Source: a virus
Virus record (IMG/VR): IMGVR_UViG_3300021389_000035
Location: 1-51,714 of that record
Length of the DNA: 51,714 bases
Reading direction: 5' to 3' (one strand)
How positions within the stretch are numbered: the stretch's first letter is position 1; the number at the start of each line of letters is the position of its first letter. This document shows positions 50,634 to 51,714 of the stretch, one piece after another. The notes under the pieces were generated by a model. It did no database searches and was not told where the DNA came from. It saw nothing but the letters and a program-made list of their open reading frames with translations. The position numbers were made by a program, and so were the translations under genes.

Positions 50634-50952
50634 TATGAAAACATTTCAACAAATCAGAGAGAAACGCGAATTAGTCACTTTAGGTGGAACATCTAAAACA
50701 AGTGGTGAATACTATATGGGTGATGAGGGTATCAAGAAATTGGTTGACCTATCTAAAAAGAATCCCAATATCGAGTACACTGTTAAGTCAGATAACTACG
50801 GTGACTTCAAAGCACACTGGTTGAAGAACGGTAAGTTCGCAAAACAAACTGTTGCCAATATTAACTACGATATGGATAAACATAAAGTACGTGGTGTACC
50901 GAAAGGTAAGACTGTCAAGGACACTATATTTGTGGTGAGGTACACTAAGTGA
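50626..50952 (+). CDS. hypothetical protein
   Basis: 108-aa ORF. Confidence 0.5.
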   Translation: MHNMKTFQQIREKRELVTLGGTSKTSGEYYMGDEGIKKLVDLSKKNPNIEYTVKSDNYGDFKAHWLKNGKFAKQTVANINYDMDKHKVRGVPKGKTVKDTIFVVRYTK

Positions 50953-51714
50953 AGTCGTTTAAAGAATTGAGAGAGAAGACTCTCACTGCCGCAGAGAAAA
51001 AGAAACGGGAAGAGATTGCAAAGGCAATTGAGAAAGATGAACCTGATATGCCAATGGACAAGAAGATGGCAATCGCAACTGCGCAAGCAAAGAAAGTTGC
51101 GGAAGGTGCTGAGAAGTACACCGTCAAGAAAGGTAACATGACCCGTAAGGTCGATGGTGCGACTGCCGACAAGATGAAACGACAAGGTTGGAAGTTGATT
51201 GCGACCGAAGGACTTGATGAAGGTGCGATGTCTGACTTCCATCTGATGGTTCAAGAGAAGGTACCTGCTGCGCAGATTGCTAAGGAACTTGGACTTGACC
51301 TCAAGACCGTGAAGAAACTGATGAAAGATATGAAAGAGTCGGTTGAACTTGAAGAGAAGATGAAAGATAAACCATACGAAAAACAAATTGGTATGGGTGA
51401 TTCTCGTAGCGAAAAAGAAATTCGTGATCAGATTAGTGGTTTGAGCGATGGCACATTAAAGAAATGGGCAAGTAAACCAGCAGGACGTTTTGGTTCTAAG
51501 ATTGCTAAATTACAAGATAAAGTGGTCGCTGCCGAGATGAAAAAGCGTGGTCTTAAAGAATCTGTCGAAGAAGCACGTAAAGACTCGTCTGCCGATTTAT
51601 ACTTCAACACATACTCTGCCGCAGTACAACACGCAAAAGCACAAGCAGAGAAGAAAGGTTTTGAGGTAGTAGAAGACGATTGGTTCAACCAAGTAACTAC
51701 GGGTAAAGGTAAAC
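50949..51714 (+). CDS. Lys/Glu-rich hypothetical protein, 3' end beyond the window
   Basis: GTG 50949 overlaps the upstream stop (GTGA). I translated 255 codons by hand without a stop to the window edge. It is absent from the ORF track because it has no stop codon. The minus-strand ORFs here are its antisense shadows. Confidence 0.55.
   Translation, partial: MKSFKELREKTLTAAEKKKREEIAKAIEKDEPDMPMDKKMAIATAQAKKVAEGAEKYTVKKGNMTRKVDGATADKMKRQGWKLIATEGLDEGAMSDFHLMVQEKVPAAQIAKELGLDLKTVKKLMKDMKESVELEEKMKDKPYEKQIGMGDSRSEKEIRDQISGLSDGTLKKWASKPAGRFGSKIAKLQDKVVAAEMKKRGLKESVEEARKDSSADLYFNTYSAAVQHAKAQAEKKGFEVVEDDWFNQVTTGKGK

Overview
All supportable genes lie on the + strand and are tightly packed, with many ATGA, TAATG and GTGA start/stop overlaps. 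The window reads as part of a T4-like myovirus genome. All homology calls come from motifs and colinearity recalled from memory; no database search was run.

Backbone: replication, recombination and late-transcription genes in T4-like order. These are uvsY (5'-truncated by the window edge), uvsW, gp55, gp47, gp46, gp45, gp44, gp62, regA, gp43, uvsX and gp41.

Accessory inserts:
(i) Two tRNAs (Arg-UCU, Gly-UCC) plus a peroxiredoxin.
(ii) Nucleotide-metabolism genes: MazG-like, dCMP deaminase, ThyX.
(iii) A scattered sugar-nucleotide/glycan set: TagD-like cytidylyltransferase, sulfotransferase-like, three DxD glycosyltransferase-like genes, UDP-glucuronate 4-epimerase-like, UDP-glucose dehydrogenase-like, and two SGNH hydrolase paralogs.
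(iv) A DUF4338 (DruA)-like gene and a DUF262+HNH (GmrSD-like) gene just upstream of the DNA polymerase.
(v) An AEP primase-like gene just downstream of the polymerase.

Transcription signals: eight perfect TTGACA-N17-TATAAT promoters and several near-perfect ones sit in front of core genes. Two of them are placed so that transcription should begin at the start codon.

Most unusual regions:
- 29.5-32.8 kb: an operon of six consecutive exported or membrane proteins behind a T4-type late promoter motif. One resembles an SCPU/Csu-type fimbrial subunit.
- 32.8-43 kb: a plastic early region of small ORFs driven by six copies of one promoter-plus-leader cassette. It contains a 56-bp perfect direct repeat, a small atypical ORF flanked by 25-bp direct repeats, a tandem gene duplication, and two G-D-V-x tetrapeptide-repeat proteins with 24-bp tandem DNA repeats.
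- 44.8 kb to the window end: a late-promoter-headed module with a ligase-like gene, an HxGH nucleotidyltransferase fusion and Lys-rich proteins. It includes a 227-nt T-depleted patch with an SD-preceded overlapping ORF.

No rRNA, CRISPR array, integrase or transposase was seen.
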